64,000 bases of DNA from an uncultured Candidatus Binatia bacterium (GCA_965200965.1 OZ241744.1:2336001-2400000); one strand, 5' to 3'; positions 1 to 10,766 are shown, numbered from the stretch's first letter. A program made the numbers and translations. Notes: generated from the letters alone by a model not told the origin.

Positions 1-946
1 GGACCTCTTCGGAGCGCCGCGTCTTGCGAACCTTGACTTGGAATATCTGACTGCTTTCACCGATTTGCTCAACCCGGAACTCATGAACGAGACCGAGCTG
101 CTTGAGCCACCGTGCGACATAGGCTTCGAGGGTCAGCCGCTTGCGCTTAGGGCCCGGGGATATTGTCCGACCCCGTTCCCGTGAGGCCAGTATCGCGTCA
201 ACCACAGCCTCGCCGGCCTGTCCCATATCGCCCGGCTGCGCACCCGTCCAGATATACTGACGCTTGGGATACGCGCGCAGCGGCCCGAGATACAAGACAC
301 GCTCAAGGCATTCCTCAAGCGCGAGCTCCAGATCGGCGAGAAATCCCGCGTTCTGGTAACAGGCGCGAACCTGATCGGGGAAGCCATAGCTCTTGACCGG
401 TGCCGGCAGCGGCCATGCCCGACCCACGCTGCGAATGAATTGCAATGCGGTGTCGGCGCTGTAGAGCTCGTATTCCGCTTTCCCTTTTTTTTCTTTCCGT
501 TGCATCCCGAATCTGGCTTCACCCACCCGATAGCACATCACATCCACCACCAGGCGTGGAATTTTTCCCCCGCCGGGCCGACCGGTGAGCACCGAAAAGC
601 CGAGTTTCCGGTCCGACAGCACCTCCTTGTCAGCACTCTTGATATCGACCACCTTGAAGGGCTTGCCAATCTCCCAATCAAGAGCAAACTCCATCTTTGC
701 CCCGGTGTCGTGACCGTGTACCACGCTCTGAAAGTTCCCCAGGTCAACCGGCGTCATAAGGTCGCCGAAATGAAACACCAAGCCGCGATCGGACAACTCT
801 GAGGTTTGTTTCAGCAACAACAGGGCTTGCAACAGGCTCGTCTTGCCGGAGCTATTTGCGCCAAACAACCCGGTGATCGGGCGCAAGGTAAGGTCTCCGG
901 TATCGGGCCACGATTTGAAGTTGCGTAACTTCAGGCGGGTCAGCAT
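1..946 (-). CDS. AAA/ABC-type ATPase, DUF3696-like (partial, runs off the left edge; absent from the ORF track)
   Basis: Manual translation from ATG at 946: MLTRLKLRNFKSWPDTGDLTLRPITGLFGANSSGKTSLLQ (Walker A), later YLGPLRAYPKRQYIWTG; no stop before position 1; GAGGAG RBS upstream. Confidence 0.8.
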   Translation of the reverse strand, partial: MLTRLKLRNFKSWPDTGDLTLRPITGLFGANSSGKTSLLQALLLLKQTSELSDRGLVFHFGDLMTPVDLGNFQSVVHGHDTGAKMEFALDWEIGKPFKVVDIKSADKEVLSDRKLGFSVLTGRPGGGKIPRLVVDVMCYRVGEARFGMQRKEKKGKAEYELYSADTALQFIRSVGRAWPLPAPVKSYGFPDQVRACYQNAGFLADLELALEECLERVLYLGPLRAYPKRQYIWTGAQPGDMGQAGEAVVDAILASRERGRTISPGPKRKRLTLEAYVARWLKQLGLVHEFRVEQIGESSQIFQVKVRKTRRSEEV

Positions 947-972
947 CAGAACAACTCCTCAGTTGTCGCCAT
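946..972 (-). pseudogene. 8-aa mini-ORF MATTEELF, possible remnant of a deleted gene
   Basis: GGAGG RBS upstream of ATG 972; its TGA overlaps the next ATG (TGATG). Confidence 0.35.
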
Positions 973-988
973 GAATTGCCTCCGTCTC

Positions 989-1570
989 TCATGTTCCGGT
1001 CTGCATAGACGCCCACACCCTTTCGACCCCCTCAACGAAGACCTGAAAGCTGTGTGAAGGGTTCTCCCGCGACAAGAGATCAGCGATGCGCTTCGCGCCC
1101 GATCGTTTCTGATACTCGGGGATCAGCTTGCCAATGACATCGGCAGGCCGAACGACAGCGTCGGGGTTTCGGTATCGGCTCCTGCTCCTGCTCAATTTGC
1201 GTAGGGTACCTGGTCGAGTTTCGGGAAACGCTTGCCTAAGTGCTTCCGGCTCGCCGATATACCACGCTTCCAGTTCCCGGCAAACGACCCGGACGAGCAC
1301 ATCAACATCAGGTCGCCCGGCCTGCTGGCAGAGTCGGACGAGGGCGGCCTTCACCTGGCGACAATCCGCGCTGTCCTGATCCCGCACCACGACGAAACGC
1401 ACGCCCGGCTCCCGCCAAGCCTTCAACTTGCGCGGGATACTCTTCTCCAAATCCTGCTTTCCCTCGTGAGGCACACACAGGAATGACAGTTCGGGAAACA
1501 GCCTCGGCAGCAAGCCTTCCAGCAGGTCACTCATGGAGCCCTCTTCAAGCAGGAACACAATACGACTCAT
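989..1570 (-). CDS. DUF4276 family (TOPRIM-like) protein, partner of the upstream ATPase
   Basis: MSRIVFLLEEGSM...HEGKQDLEKSIPRKLKAW...VVVRDQDSADC...ELEAWYIG; ATGA overlap with the ATPase stop. Confidence 0.8.
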   Translation of the reverse strand: MSRIVFLLEEGSMSDLLEGLLPRLFPELSFLCVPHEGKQDLEKSIPRKLKAWREPGVRFVVVRDQDSADCRQVKAALVRLCQQAGRPDVDVLVRVVCRELEAWYIGEPEALRQAFPETRPGTLRKLSRSRSRYRNPDAVVRPADVIGKLIPEYQKRSGAKRIADLLSRENPSHSFQVFVEGVERVWASMQTGT

Positions 1571-2772
1571 CGTGGCTCGGCTCCCTCGAAAAGCCCCTGC
1601 TTCCAGAGGGCACCCGGCAAGTCCCCCTCTGCGACAAGGTTTTTCAGCAGCTCACTATCGGACGCCCGATGTGCGGTTGTGAAGCCCTCTTTCTTGACCA
1701 GCCAGAAAATTTCATCCAGCTTCAACCCGTTCAGGAAGTCGGGAGAATGGGTTGAAACGAAGACTTGGCCGCCACGTCGCGCATAGTCCCGAAACTCCTC
1801 AGCCAGCTCTGCGAGCAATGCGGGATAGAGCTGGTTTTCTGGTTCTTCGACCGCCAGCAGCGGATGGGGCTTCGGGTCATGCAGCAACACGAGATAGGCG
1901 AACATCTTGATTGTGCCGTCAGAGACATAGCGGGCAATAAAGGGGTCCTTGAAGCTGCCATCCCGAAAACGCAGCACGAGACGCCCGTCCTCTGTTGTTC
2001 TGGCCTCAACCCTTTCCACGCCGGGAACGCGCTGCCTCATGGCATCCAGGACGCGCTTGAAACGGTCGGGGTGATTATCATGGAGATACTGGGCGACCTG
2101 GGCGACATTATCGCCGCGCTCCGACAGATGCTCGGCATAGCCGGCCTCGGTGCTCGGTCGGGCGTCGGCAATGTGGAAGTCCGAGACGTGCCAATTCTCA
2201 ATCATCCCGCGGAATTCCGAGACAACCTGAAACTCACGAAACTGGCCCAGCCCTTTGATGGCGAGGATGCTGGGGTCATCGAGTTTGTATGTCGCTCTTT
2301 TCGCTTCAGCCCCTTCTTTGCCGTAAACGGATTCGTTTGTGACCGCAGTTCCCGTCCCGCCTGAGAAATCAACGAAGTGCCAGGGGCGTCCATACTGCCC
2401 TCTGCGGTAACCAAGCACCTCACGTTCCACAACGACCTGGCTCCCCTTCGCTGCTATTTCAATGGCATAGGTCGCCAGCCGCCCTCCGCTCTCGCGGAAC
2501 TTGACTGTGATCCCGACCGGCCCGCACTCGCCCCGGCTGATCAACTCGCGGAAGCCACCACGTCGTGCCACCGCCGCGGCCGCGTTCTGGGAGAGGGCAT
2601 CCTTGAGAAAGGTGAACACGTCGAACAGCGTTGATTTGCCCGTCCCGTTTGCGCCCACGACGACGACCATCGAGGGAAGATTCTTAAACACGATATGACG
2701 AAAGGAACGGTAGTTCTTGATCTCAATCTGCTCAATCCGCATCCGTGTCTTCCTAGCGTTGTCGGACATCAT
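1567..2772 (-). CDS. ABC/AAA_21-type ATPase
   Basis: Walker A GANGTGKST, signature-like SDGT, Walker B AVEEPEN, H-loop STHSP; start moved to MMSDNARK (2772; 2742 also possible) because the longer ORF overlaps the methylase. Confidence 0.88.
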   Translation of the reverse strand: MMSDNARKTRMRIEQIEIKNYRSFRHIVFKNLPSMVVVVGANGTGKSTLFDVFTFLKDALSQNAAAAVARRGGFRELISRGECGPVGITVKFRESGGRLATYAIEIAAKGSQVVVEREVLGYRRGQYGRPWHFVDFSGGTGTAVTNESVYGKEGAEAKRATYKLDDPSILAIKGLGQFREFQVVSEFRGMIENWHVSDFHIADARPSTEAGYAEHLSERGDNVAQVAQYLHDNHPDRFKRVLDAMRQRVPGVERVEARTTEDGRLVLRFRDGSFKDPFIARYVSDGTIKMFAYLVLLHDPKPHPLLAVEEPENQLYPALLAELAEEFRDYARRGGQVFVSTHSPDFLNGLKLDEIFWLVKKEGFTTAHRASDSELLKNLVAEGDLPGALWKQGLFEGAEPR

Positions 2773-2785
2773 TCCCACACCGTTC

Positions 2786-5566
2786 TCACTCCTCCTCAAA
2801 CAACCCGTCCTGCGCCGCCCGGGGCCGGCTGGCCGCTTGGGCCAAGCGGCTGATCTCCGGCCAACTCTGCACCAGGCCGTTGTACGACAAGGCTTCGCCA
2901 GCCCACTGCTTGCGCTCGCACAGGTTGTACAGCCGATAGCACAACTCCCGCGCCGTCCCGGCCCGCGCACCCCCCAGCTTGGCCACCAACTCGGCCGCGG
3001 CCTCCTCGCCCCGTTCCAGCATCCGAATGAGGTGATGCACCATCTCCCAGGCCACCAGCCGCCCGTCCTGCGTCGGGTCCCAAGTCGTCGGCAAATCGGC
3101 CGGCCTCAGCAGCCGCACCGTCCCGGCCTCGGCTTTCACAATGCCGGCCTCAACCAGCCCGCCCACGCTGGTATTCTTGGCTTTGGACAGGGTTTCGGCC
3201 ACGCCGTACTCGCCCGCAGCAAAGCCGTGTTGCTCAAAGAAAGCCAAGGCCCAGCGGCTATCGGCGTCAAAGTCGCCCTCCTGCTCGGCCAGCGTCTCAT
3301 CCAGGGTGTGGTTGATGAGCGCCAACGCCTCCCGCACCGACACCGGCTTGCCGGCCGCGTCCAGCACCCGGGCGTAGCGGGTATACACCGCCATGCCCGG
3401 GCCAATGGCCGCCTGAGCGAGCAGGACGATGGAGGAGGCCAGGGCGTTGGAGCCCATGCCGATCATGCGGCTGCTGTTCTCCGTGCGTACTGGCCAAGTG
3501 CCGGTAACAGCAAAGCCCTGACGGATCACCGCGTCTAGGAAAGTCTCCCAGCCGGTGCTAGCGGTTCCGGTCTCGCCTTTCTTCTCCGACTGCTTGAAGG
3601 CGTAGCAAATCGTGACCGGAAAGGCAGGGTGGGTCTGCTCGGCAAGGCAGCGCATGGCTTTCTTCATCCCGTCAAGAAAGAAGGCTTCCGCCCTATCTTT
3701 GCTTCCGTGCCGGTAGGGCGTGGCAACCAGTTCTTCGGCTTTCGGCGTGGACAGCGTGGCAAACAGAGCGGGGTAGATTGGCCTGAGCGAGCGGCGGAGC
3801 CAGACATAGAAGAATTCGGACAGGTCGGCGTAGCCAATGTTGTCGTAGTAGGGCGGATCGGTGAAAATCAGCTTGTTACAAGAGATATTCTGTACTCTCG
3901 CATCCGCTTGCTGCGAGCGCCCTGACGCATTCGTATGAACAGACTCAAAGGTTTTGGAGAACGCCTTGGTGATGCCAGCGACAAACACAGCCCACGAACC
4001 TGAACTGTCACCCAATGGATTGCCCTCAGCATAATCCCAGATCATGGGAATCGCTTGGCGGCCGAAGAGGTGTCTCGGACACTGGGCAACAGGCTCCCAA
4101 CCGCACAAGCTATTACCAAGGTCAGCCAATTTGCTCAGCGCGAAGGCCAAATACACCCCCACCGCCTCGGCATACGCCGTCACCCCGGTTCCCCCTCCCC
4201 GCAAAGACCGCCCGTCATCGGGCAAATCGGCGAGAGCGGCATCCTGCTTGATACGCGCCATTGCCTCCCCCACCAAGTCGGAGAAGGTGGCCAGGGCGAC
4301 GAGTTGGCGGGGAGTGAAGAGGTCGCCGAAGGTCGAGAGGCCGTAAAGGGGCGTGTTGAAGTTGCGCGGGTTTTCAGGTAACGGCCTGTCCGGCTTCCAT
4401 TCCGGCTTTGCCTGTTTGGCGATTGTTTCATGTTCCTCCAGCGGCGACAGATACACCCGCCCCCGGTCTCCCTCGGCGACAATTGCCATCAACCGCGCCC
4501 CCATGCGGCCGGCCTTCCCTTCGGCCCGGATGTGTTCATACGTCATAGCCACGCCGGACATCAGACACCGGAAGGCGTTGCGCTTGCCCGCTGTCGTACC
4601 GGCCTTCACCGCGTCCCGGTCGGGCGGCACACCTACCTTGACCGTGAACCGATAACCGCCCTCCTCAATCACCGGCTCAACATAGGCTTCCTTGCCCTTT
4701 TTGGTGGACAGCATGAAGGTGGAAGCCAGCGGTACGGCCACATCACGAAACGCCGGGTTGGAGCTCGTGACCGTCCGCGCCCACAACCACGCGATGACGG
4801 TCAGCTTGCGGCCCTGGTACGGCTTCAGGTCGGGCCGCTCTTGGGTCATCTGCTGCGTAACCTCAATCTGCGGATACAGATGCCCGATACGCTTCGCCGC
4901 CTCCTCCCGCATCCAGCGGCCGTAGTAGCGCACATCCTCGGCCAGCCCCCGCGCCCCGGCCCAGCCCGTCATGGTCTGCTGCTCCGTGCTTGTCGCCTGC
5001 CAGTCGGGGTTCACCGGCGGGCGGCCGGCAAACCTGGGCGGTATCTCAATCATCGCCTTGTTGATCAGCACCGCCACCGGGTTGAGGTCGCTGGCGTGGG
5101 CCTCCAAGCCCAGCCGCCCGGCTTCCAGCGGTAACGCCCCGCCGCCGGCAAACGGGTCGTGGAAAGCCGGCAGCCGTGACGGGTCAAACAACTCGGCTGC
5201 GCGTGGATGGTCGGCGTGCTCGGCGCAGGTCCGCGCCCAACTCTCCCGGATGGCCTTACGCGCCCTCTGCAAGACTTTCTCGTTGGTGGTGTTCTCCCAC
5301 TTCACCAACTCCTCAATGATGCCAAACAGCCGCCCCCGCTCTTCCTCTTGCGCCTCGGCGGTAGGGAACAGCTCGGGCCAACTGCCGGGGTCGTCTACCA
5401 TCTGGGCGAACAGCACCGCCCGGGCCGCGGCCAGCGGACGGCGTGCCCACCACAGGTGCAGGGTGCTGGGGTGGCCGTGGCGGATGGACTTCTCGCGTGC
5501 CGCCGCGGTGTTTATGGCGGCCAGCGGCAGGGCGACTTCGATCAGCTTCTTGCGGGGTGGGGGCAT
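2786..5566 (-). CDS. DUF1156-domain adenine-specific DNA methyltransferase
   Basis: [10 protein letters not shown]...[21 protein letters not shown]-terminus, SAM motif DPFAGGG, catalytic DPPYYDN. Confidence 0.92.
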   Translation of the reverse strand: MPPPRKKLIEVALPLAAINTAAAREKSIRHGHPSTLHLWWARRPLAAARAVLFAQMVDDPGSWPELFPTAEAQEEERGRLFGIIEELVKWENTTNEKVLQRARKAIRESWARTCAEHADHPRAAELFDPSRLPAFHDPFAGGGALPLEAGRLGLEAHASDLNPVAVLINKAMIEIPPRFAGRPPVNPDWQATSTEQQTMTGWAGARGLAEDVRYYGRWMREEAAKRIGHLYPQIEVTQQMTQERPDLKPYQGRKLTVIAWLWARTVTSSNPAFRDVAVPLASTFMLSTKKGKEAYVEPVIEEGGYRFTVKVGVPPDRDAVKAGTTAGKRNAFRCLMSGVAMTYEHIRAEGKAGRMGARLMAIVAEGDRGRVYLSPLEEHETIAKQAKPEWKPDRPLPENPRNFNTPLYGLSTFGDLFTPRQLVALATFSDLVGEAMARIKQDAALADLPDDGRSLRGGGTGVTAYAEAVGVYLAFALSKLADLGNSLCGWEPVAQCPRHLFGRQAIPMIWDYAEGNPLGDSSGSWAVFVAGITKAFSKTFESVHTNASGRSQQADARVQNISCNKLIFTDPPYYDNIGYADLSEFFYVWLRRSLRPIYPALFATLSTPKAEELVATPYRHGSKDRAEAFFLDGMKKAMRCLAEQTHPAFPVTICYAFKQSEKKGETGTASTGWETFLDAVIRQGFAVTGTWPVRTENSSRMIGMGSNALASSIVLLAQAAIGPGMAVYTRYARVLDAAGKPVSVREALALINHTLDETLAEQEGDFDADSRWALAFFEQHGFAAGEYGVAETLSKAKNTSVGGLVEAGIVKAEAGTVRLLRPADLPTTWDPTQDGRLVAWEMVHHLIRMLERGEEAAAELVAKLGGARAGTARELCYRLYNLCERKQWAGEALSYNGLVQSWPEISRLAQAASRPRAAQDGLFEEE

Positions 5567-5580
5567 GGGAGTGTGCAGGG

Positions 5581-5694
5581 TCAGGTAAGGACGCTTGCCA
5601 GCGATTTTCCCGAACGACAGAGTTCAATCTCGTGTTTCCCGGCCTGACACTTCTCAGGCACTTTCTCTCGTATCTCCTCCAAAAAATTGCTCAC
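5581..5694 (-). pseudogene. 37-aa ORF coupled to the ATPase stop, probable collapsed partner gene
   Basis: GTG overlaps the ATPase TGA; translation (V)[36 protein letters not shown]. Confidence 0.4.
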
Positions 5695-7178
5695 CGCCCG
5701 CGTTCCTCCTCAATCCGATTCCCGATATGCGCCCAGTCATTATAGAGATGTTCGGCAATCTCGCTGTAATCCGAACCCAGACCGCCCGTGTCAGGGTCAA
5801 TGCTCAGTTCTTCAACGACGGACCCCTTGGGGCGCTGTTTCGGCTTAAACAGCCACGCCCCAAATTGTTCCGGCCGAAGCGCTTCATCCGCTCCGGGAAG
5901 CCCCTTTCTCTTCGCTTCGGGAAGTTCAGAGAGCCGTACCAGGTTGGCGAACTGGTCGAGCAACCATTCGCTGTGAGTCGTGACAACAACCCGGATGCCG
6001 GAGCGAACCAGGCGGGCCAGATCGCGCGCAAAGGCGGCCTGCATGGCCGGGTGCAGGTGGGCTTCCGGCTCTTCGATAATGAGCATATCGCCGGGTTCCA
6101 CGAGATGGCGTAGAAACAACACGACCGGCGCGAGTTCGGACACCATAGAAGACGCTCGCATCAGCGGCAGGTCGTCCTTCCAGCCGCTCGGGCGATACGC
6201 AAAAACAGGGTAGCCGGTCTCAGTGCGGTCCAAGCGAACCGTGCCATTGAGTAGGCCGCGTTCCAGGGGTGTTTCAACTCCGTTTCGATGTGGGGGCCGC
6301 CCTCTGCTTATGTTGATCAGGTGGCTCAGAAAATCGGCCAACACACCGGACAGCATCGGAACGTCATGGGAAGGACGGAGGCCGGCCGTTGTGGCGTTTT
6401 GGACCAGCGTACTCACCACCACTTGGTGACTGTGCATGACGCCGGTACGGTCGGCCGGCAGGTAATAGGCGTTTTTCCCGAGCGGTTGAACCAAGGAAGC
6501 GAATAGCGACCGCGCGAATCGTATGAATAGATAATCTGGCTCGTCGTCGTCTTCCCCGGTGCCAGTGTCAAGGAGCCGGTCTCGCGCTTCTGTGGGGGAA
6601 ATGCGCGGTGGCGACATTATTTCGGGAAGTTGCCCGGACAGGCGAGTGCTGTTCTGACCGAATTCAAGCTGGTAGCGAACTTCCTGCGCATCGGCGGCCT
6701 GGGGAATGCGCAGGTCAACCCTCGTGTCGGCGTGGGGGCTTGATCGTCGAATCAGGTCGGCAGGACTCTCAGCCCCGAAGCAACGACATATTTCTTGCTC
6801 CAGGAGGCGATCAAGGCCCTTCGCTTGTTCCAGCCTGGAGCGGAGGTGCGCGGCCACATCCGTTGGCAGTGCCGGGAGCGATCCCCCCTGCACCGCCACC
6901 TTCGAGAGCCAGCCCTTCAGACTTTTCCGAATTGAAGCTTTGGGCCGCATAGCTTCTCTGAACTGAAACGTGCGCCACCCCATGAGACGCGGGAATCCGT
7001 CGAAACACCGATGTAAAGCATACATCAAAATCGCCAGATAGGACTTGCCGGTGTTACTCGGACCGATGAACACCGTCAGCGGGCGCACATCCACACTCGC
7101 CTCGGCGATAGGCCCGAAGTCCTTTACAGCGATATGGTACTTCCCCCCCACCTGCCGTTCAGCCTGCGGTGTCGTCAT
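5691..7178 (-). CDS. AAA_15/AAA_21-type ATPase
   Basis: VKDFGPI, Walker A GPSNTGKS, ASSMVSEL, Walker B IIEEPEAHLHP, TTHSE. Confidence 0.88.
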   Translation of the reverse strand: MTTPQAERQVGGKYHIAVKDFGPIAEASVDVRPLTVFIGPSNTGKSYLAILMYALHRCFDGFPRLMGWRTFQFREAMRPKASIRKSLKGWLSKVAVQGGSLPALPTDVAAHLRSRLEQAKGLDRLLEQEICRCFGAESPADLIRRSSPHADTRVDLRIPQAADAQEVRYQLEFGQNSTRLSGQLPEIMSPPRISPTEARDRLLDTGTGEDDDEPDYLFIRFARSLFASLVQPLGKNAYYLPADRTGVMHSHQVVVSTLVQNATTAGLRPSHDVPMLSGVLADFLSHLINISRGRPPHRNGVETPLERGLLNGTVRLDRTETGYPVFAYRPSGWKDDLPLMRASSMVSELAPVVLFLRHLVEPGDMLIIEEPEAHLHPAMQAAFARDLARLVRSGIRVVVTTHSEWLLDQFANLVRLSELPEAKRKGLPGADEALRPEQFGAWLFKPKQRPKGSVVEELSIDPDTGGLGSDYSEIAEHLYNDWAHIGNRIEEERGR

Positions 7179-7211
7179 GCTTCGCCTCCAGATGGTATCT
7201 CTATTTTAATT

Positions 7212-10200
7212 TTACGCCGGCTCCCCGGCCCGGGCTAGTAGCTCGGCAAAGTTGTAGTTTACGCTGGTCACGCCGAAATCCGGCTCCCGCTGGAAAGGCC
7301 GGCGCAGGTAATGAACGCGGTGTAGGCCGCCCTCAAGAAACTCCACAATGGCCAGAATGAAGTCCTCGGGCTTGTTCAGGGAGTACAGAATTTCGTTCCG
7401 CGTGGCCGTGATCGTGGCCGCCCCGCTGACGCGGCCCTTGACCTCGATAAACCGCAGCTTGCCGGTGGCGGGGACGCGGCTCTCGATATCATAGCCCAGC
7501 TTCTCGAACTCGCGATCCGTCGGCTCAAAGCCGAGACCGCGCTCCACCTCTACGACAATGGCGCGGGCCCGGGCGGCCACGGCCCCGGTGTCTGCCGCCG
7601 CTCCTGAGACAGGCGTTTGCCGGCCGCTCATCGCCTCGAGCAGTCCCTTGGGGACCAGCACCAAGCCGCCCAGCATCACCGGCGGCAGGGGCGAGAGCTG
7701 GGCTTCGAGCCTGAGTTCCTCCAGCCGCTTCTGAAGCCGGGCCTGCAAGCCGTCCGCCCGTTTGCGCGCTTCGTCTGAATTGAGCCGCGCGCCGGTCTTG
7801 CCGGCCCGTTCCTGGAGCTTGAGCTGTTCGGCGCGGCGATCCCAATAGGTGATTTCCTTGCCCAGCCGCTCCCTGACCGCCGCCTCGGTCCTGGTAATCA
7901 GGCCCAGCCTGGCACCGCGGACCTCTTCCAGATGTTCGGGGACAAAGCTGGCGACAGCATAGGTGTGGGCCTGACGCTCCAACTTGGGGCTGATCCAACT
8001 GCACTCCGGGCGGGCCAGAATCGCCGCAGGGTCCGGCTCGCCGGCGGCGAGCGGCCGGTAGTCAAGATAGGGCGCATAGCGGACATGGCGGGTCACGCCC
8101 TCGGCGTCAAGTTCCACATACAGCACCCGCTTGGAAACGATACGGCGGTCGCCGCGGGGTGTCTGGCTCGCATCCTGAATCGCGTGTTCCAGAGAAAACA
8201 GCACCCGCGGCCTGAGGCCCGCATCGCGCTCGTCAACCAGGACTGTTCCGCGCGTGAGCAGGTCGCGGTGGCGTTTCAGGGTCAGGTCAATCACCGCCTC
8301 AAGCAGCGGGTGGCCCGGACAGATGAACGCCGCCAGGGGCCGGCCCGGCTGCGCGACCAGAGACTTGTCAAAGGCGATACGTTCATAGCGGGACAGCACG
8401 GGCTCGCCGCTGCCGACCGGGCGATGGCGGACCGCCTCCGGCACATGGCTGATCTCGTATCGCCGCGTCTCGCGCTGCCTGACCGTTCCGCCCAACTGCC
8501 GGAACGCCTCGTGGAAAAACGACGCGATGTAGTGGGGTTGCAGGCGGCGGGCTTCGGCCCGTTCCATGTCAGCGCGGATGCCGTGGACGCGGCTGGCGTC
8601 CATGACATCCTGGGCCAGCGCTCTGTCTTCGAGCAGATTGCGCAGCGTGCTCCGGTCCAGGGCGTGCTCAACGGCCGTGGTCAGCCGTGCCCGGACTTCC
8701 GCCCGCTCACCATAGCGGATGGCTTCGAGCAGCAGGTCTCGCAAGGGCCGGTCCTCGAACAGTTTGCCCAGCACGTCAAAGACCTGGCCGCCCAGGGCCC
8801 GGCGTGCCCGCTCCAGCTTGTCCAGCAGGGTGCGATAGACATCGCCCTCGCGGGTCTCGTCCGCCACCAGGTTCCACAGGTGGCACACCTCGGTCTGGCC
8901 GATGCGGTGAATACGCCCGAATCGCTGCTCCAGACGGTTTGGATTCCACGGCAGGTCATAGTTGACCATCAGGTGGGCGCGTTGCAGGTTGATGCCTTCG
9001 GCTGCCGCATCCGTTGCCAGCAGCACCTGGACCTCGGGGTCGTACCGGAACACTTCCTGCACCCTGAGCCGTTCCCCGCGGCCCAGGCCGCCGTGAATCA
9101 CCACCACCGCCCCCTGACGGCCCAGCAGGGTGGTGACGCGGTCCTGCAAGTAGCGCAGGGTATCCCGGTGCTCGGTGAATATGACCAGCTTCTGCCGCGG
9201 GGACGGCGTGGGTTGCGGGATTTCGCCCGCGCCATACGGAACGGTCTGCTCGGCAACCTGACCGCCGGGGGTGAAAATCTCGCTCAGCAGGCTGGCGAGC
9301 TGTCGCCACTTCGTATCCCGGCCGCGGCGACGCACGCCCAGGGCGAGCGCTTCCAAGCCTCTGAGCGTTTCGATTTCGGCCTCCAGCTCGATACGGGAGC
9401 GGGCCGCCGTGGCCTGGTCAACAATCTCCTCTTCCGCGTCAACGACCTCCTGCTCGAGCGCGTCCTCCAGGTCCTCAAGGTCTTCCGCACTGAAGTCCGG
9501 ACCGCCAGGAAGGCCGCCAGCCTGTCCGCCGTGCTGAAGCACCTGGAGTTCACGCAAGCGGCTCTCCAGGCGCTTGCGCCGGCGGCCCAGAGTCTGGGAG
9601 ATCGCTTCGGGTGAAGACGCCAGCCGGCGCTGAACAATAGTCAGGGCAAAGCCAACCGTCCCGGCTCGTTTGCCATCCTTGAGCGCATCGGCGCGGTTGA
9701 ACTCCTCGCGCACATAATCGGTCACCTGCCTGTAGAGACGCGCCTCGTCGTCGGACAGCTTATAGGGCACGGTGGAGGCGACGCGCTCGGGGAAGAGCGG
9801 GGTCGCGTCAAACGTGAGCAGACGCTCTTTCACCATGCGGCGCATCAGGTCGGACACATCGGTTGTATGCGCACCGTCACGAAAACGGCCCTCGAACCGG
9901 TCGCCGTCAAGGAGCGCCATGAAGAGCTGGAAGTCTTCCTCTCTGCCGTTATGCGGCGTGGCCGTCATCAGCAGGAAGTGACGGGTCAGGCCGGACAGGA
10001 GTTGACCCAGGCGGTACCGCCTGGTGTAGCGGACCTGACCGCCGAAGAACCTCGCCGCCATCTTGTGCGCCTCATCGCACACGACAAGGTCCCAGCGACA
10101 GTCCGGTGCCGTGAGCTTGTGCTGTACGTCTTCGTCGCGCGCCAGCTTGTCCAGGCGAGCGATAACAAAATTGGTCTCCAGAAACCAGTTGCCAGTCCGC

Positions 10201-10766
10201 GCGGCTGCGAGCGCATCGTTGGTGAGGATATCAAAAGGGAGCTGAAAGCGGCGGTAGAGCTCATCCTGCCATTGCTCGGCCAAGCTGCCGGGACACACGA
10301 CCAGGCAGCGTTGGATGTCGCCTCGGGCGATCAGCTCCTTGATAAGCAGCCCGGCCATAATGGTCTTGCCGGCACCCGGGTCATCGGCCAGCAGAAAGCG
10401 CAGCGGCTGGCGGGGCAGCATGGCTTCGTAGACCGCGGTGATCTGATGCGGCAAGGGCTCGACAACCGAGGTATGGACCGCCAGCAGGGGATCGAACAGA
10501 TGCGCGAGGCGGATGCGCTGCGCCTCAGACACCAGGCGGAACAGGGCCCCGTCTCCGTCAAAGCTCCACGGACGCCCGCGTTCAACGATCTCAAGCCGCG
10601 CCTCGTCATGACGGTACAGCAAGGCATTGGCCACCTTGCCGCTCGGCGTCTTATAGAACAACTCAAGAGCATCTGACCCGTACCACTGCACGCCGACCAC
10701 AGTCACCACCGCGTCAGGCAGGATGCCGCCCAGGGCGGCCTGCGGGCGAATATCTTCCAGTTTCAC
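7212..10766 (-). CDS. SNF2-family helicase with C-terminal DUF3883 (PD-(D/E)xK-like) domain
   Basis: LADDPGAGKT, DEAHK, TATPH, EGINLQ, WNPNRLEQRFGRIHRIGQ; C-terminal GYDIES...FIEVKGR...TRNE. Confidence 0.93.
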   Translation of the reverse strand: MKLEDIRPQAALGGILPDAVVTVVGVQWYGSDALELFYKTPSGKVANALLYRHDEARLEIVERGRPWSFDGDGALFRLVSEAQRIRLAHLFDPLLAVHTSVVEPLPHQITAVYEAMLPRQPLRFLLADDPGAGKTIMAGLLIKELIARGDIQRCLVVCPGSLAEQWQDELYRRFQLPFDILTNDALAAARTGNWFLETNFVIARLDKLARDEDVQHKLTAPDCRWDLVVCDEAHKMAARFFGGQVRYTRRYRLGQLLSGLTRHFLLMTATPHNGREEDFQLFMALLDGDRFEGRFRDGAHTTDVSDLMRRMVKERLLTFDATPLFPERVASTVPYKLSDDEARLYRQVTDYVREEFNRADALKDGKRAGTVGFALTIVQRRLASSPEAISQTLGRRRKRLESRLRELQVLQHGGQAGGLPGGPDFSAEDLEDLEDALEQEVVDAEEEIVDQATAARSRIELEAEIETLRGLEALALGVRRRGRDTKWRQLASLLSEIFTPGGQVAEQTVPYGAGEIPQPTPSPRQKLVIFTEHRDTLRYLQDRVTTLLGRQGAVVVIHGGLGRGERLRVQEVFRYDPEVQVLLATDAAAEGINLQRAHLMVNYDLPWNPNRLEQRFGRIHRIGQTEVCHLWNLVADETREGDVYRTLLDKLERARRALGGQVFDVLGKLFEDRPLRDLLLEAIRYGERAEVRARLTTAVEHALDRSTLRNLLEDRALAQDVMDASRVHGIRADMERAEARRLQPHYIASFFHEAFRQLGGTVRQRETRRYEISHVPEAVRHRPVGSGEPVLSRYERIAFDKSLVAQPGRPLAAFICPGHPLLEAVIDLTLKRHRDLLTRGTVLVDERDAGLRPRVLFSLEHAIQDASQTPRGDRRIVSKRVLYVELDAEGVTRHVRYAPYLDYRPLAAGEPDPAAILARPECSWISPKLERQAHTYAVASFVPEHLEEVRGARLGLITRTEAAVRERLGKEITYWDRRAEQLKLQERAGKTGARLNSDEARKRADGLQARLQKRLEELRLEAQLSPLPPVMLGGLVLVPKGLLEAMSGRQTPVSGAAADTGAVAARARAIVVEVERGLGFEPTDREFEKLGYDIESRVPATGKLRFIEVKGRVSGAATITATRNEILYSLNKPEDFILAIVEFLEGGLHRVHYLRRPFQREPDFGVTSVNYNFAELLARAGEPA

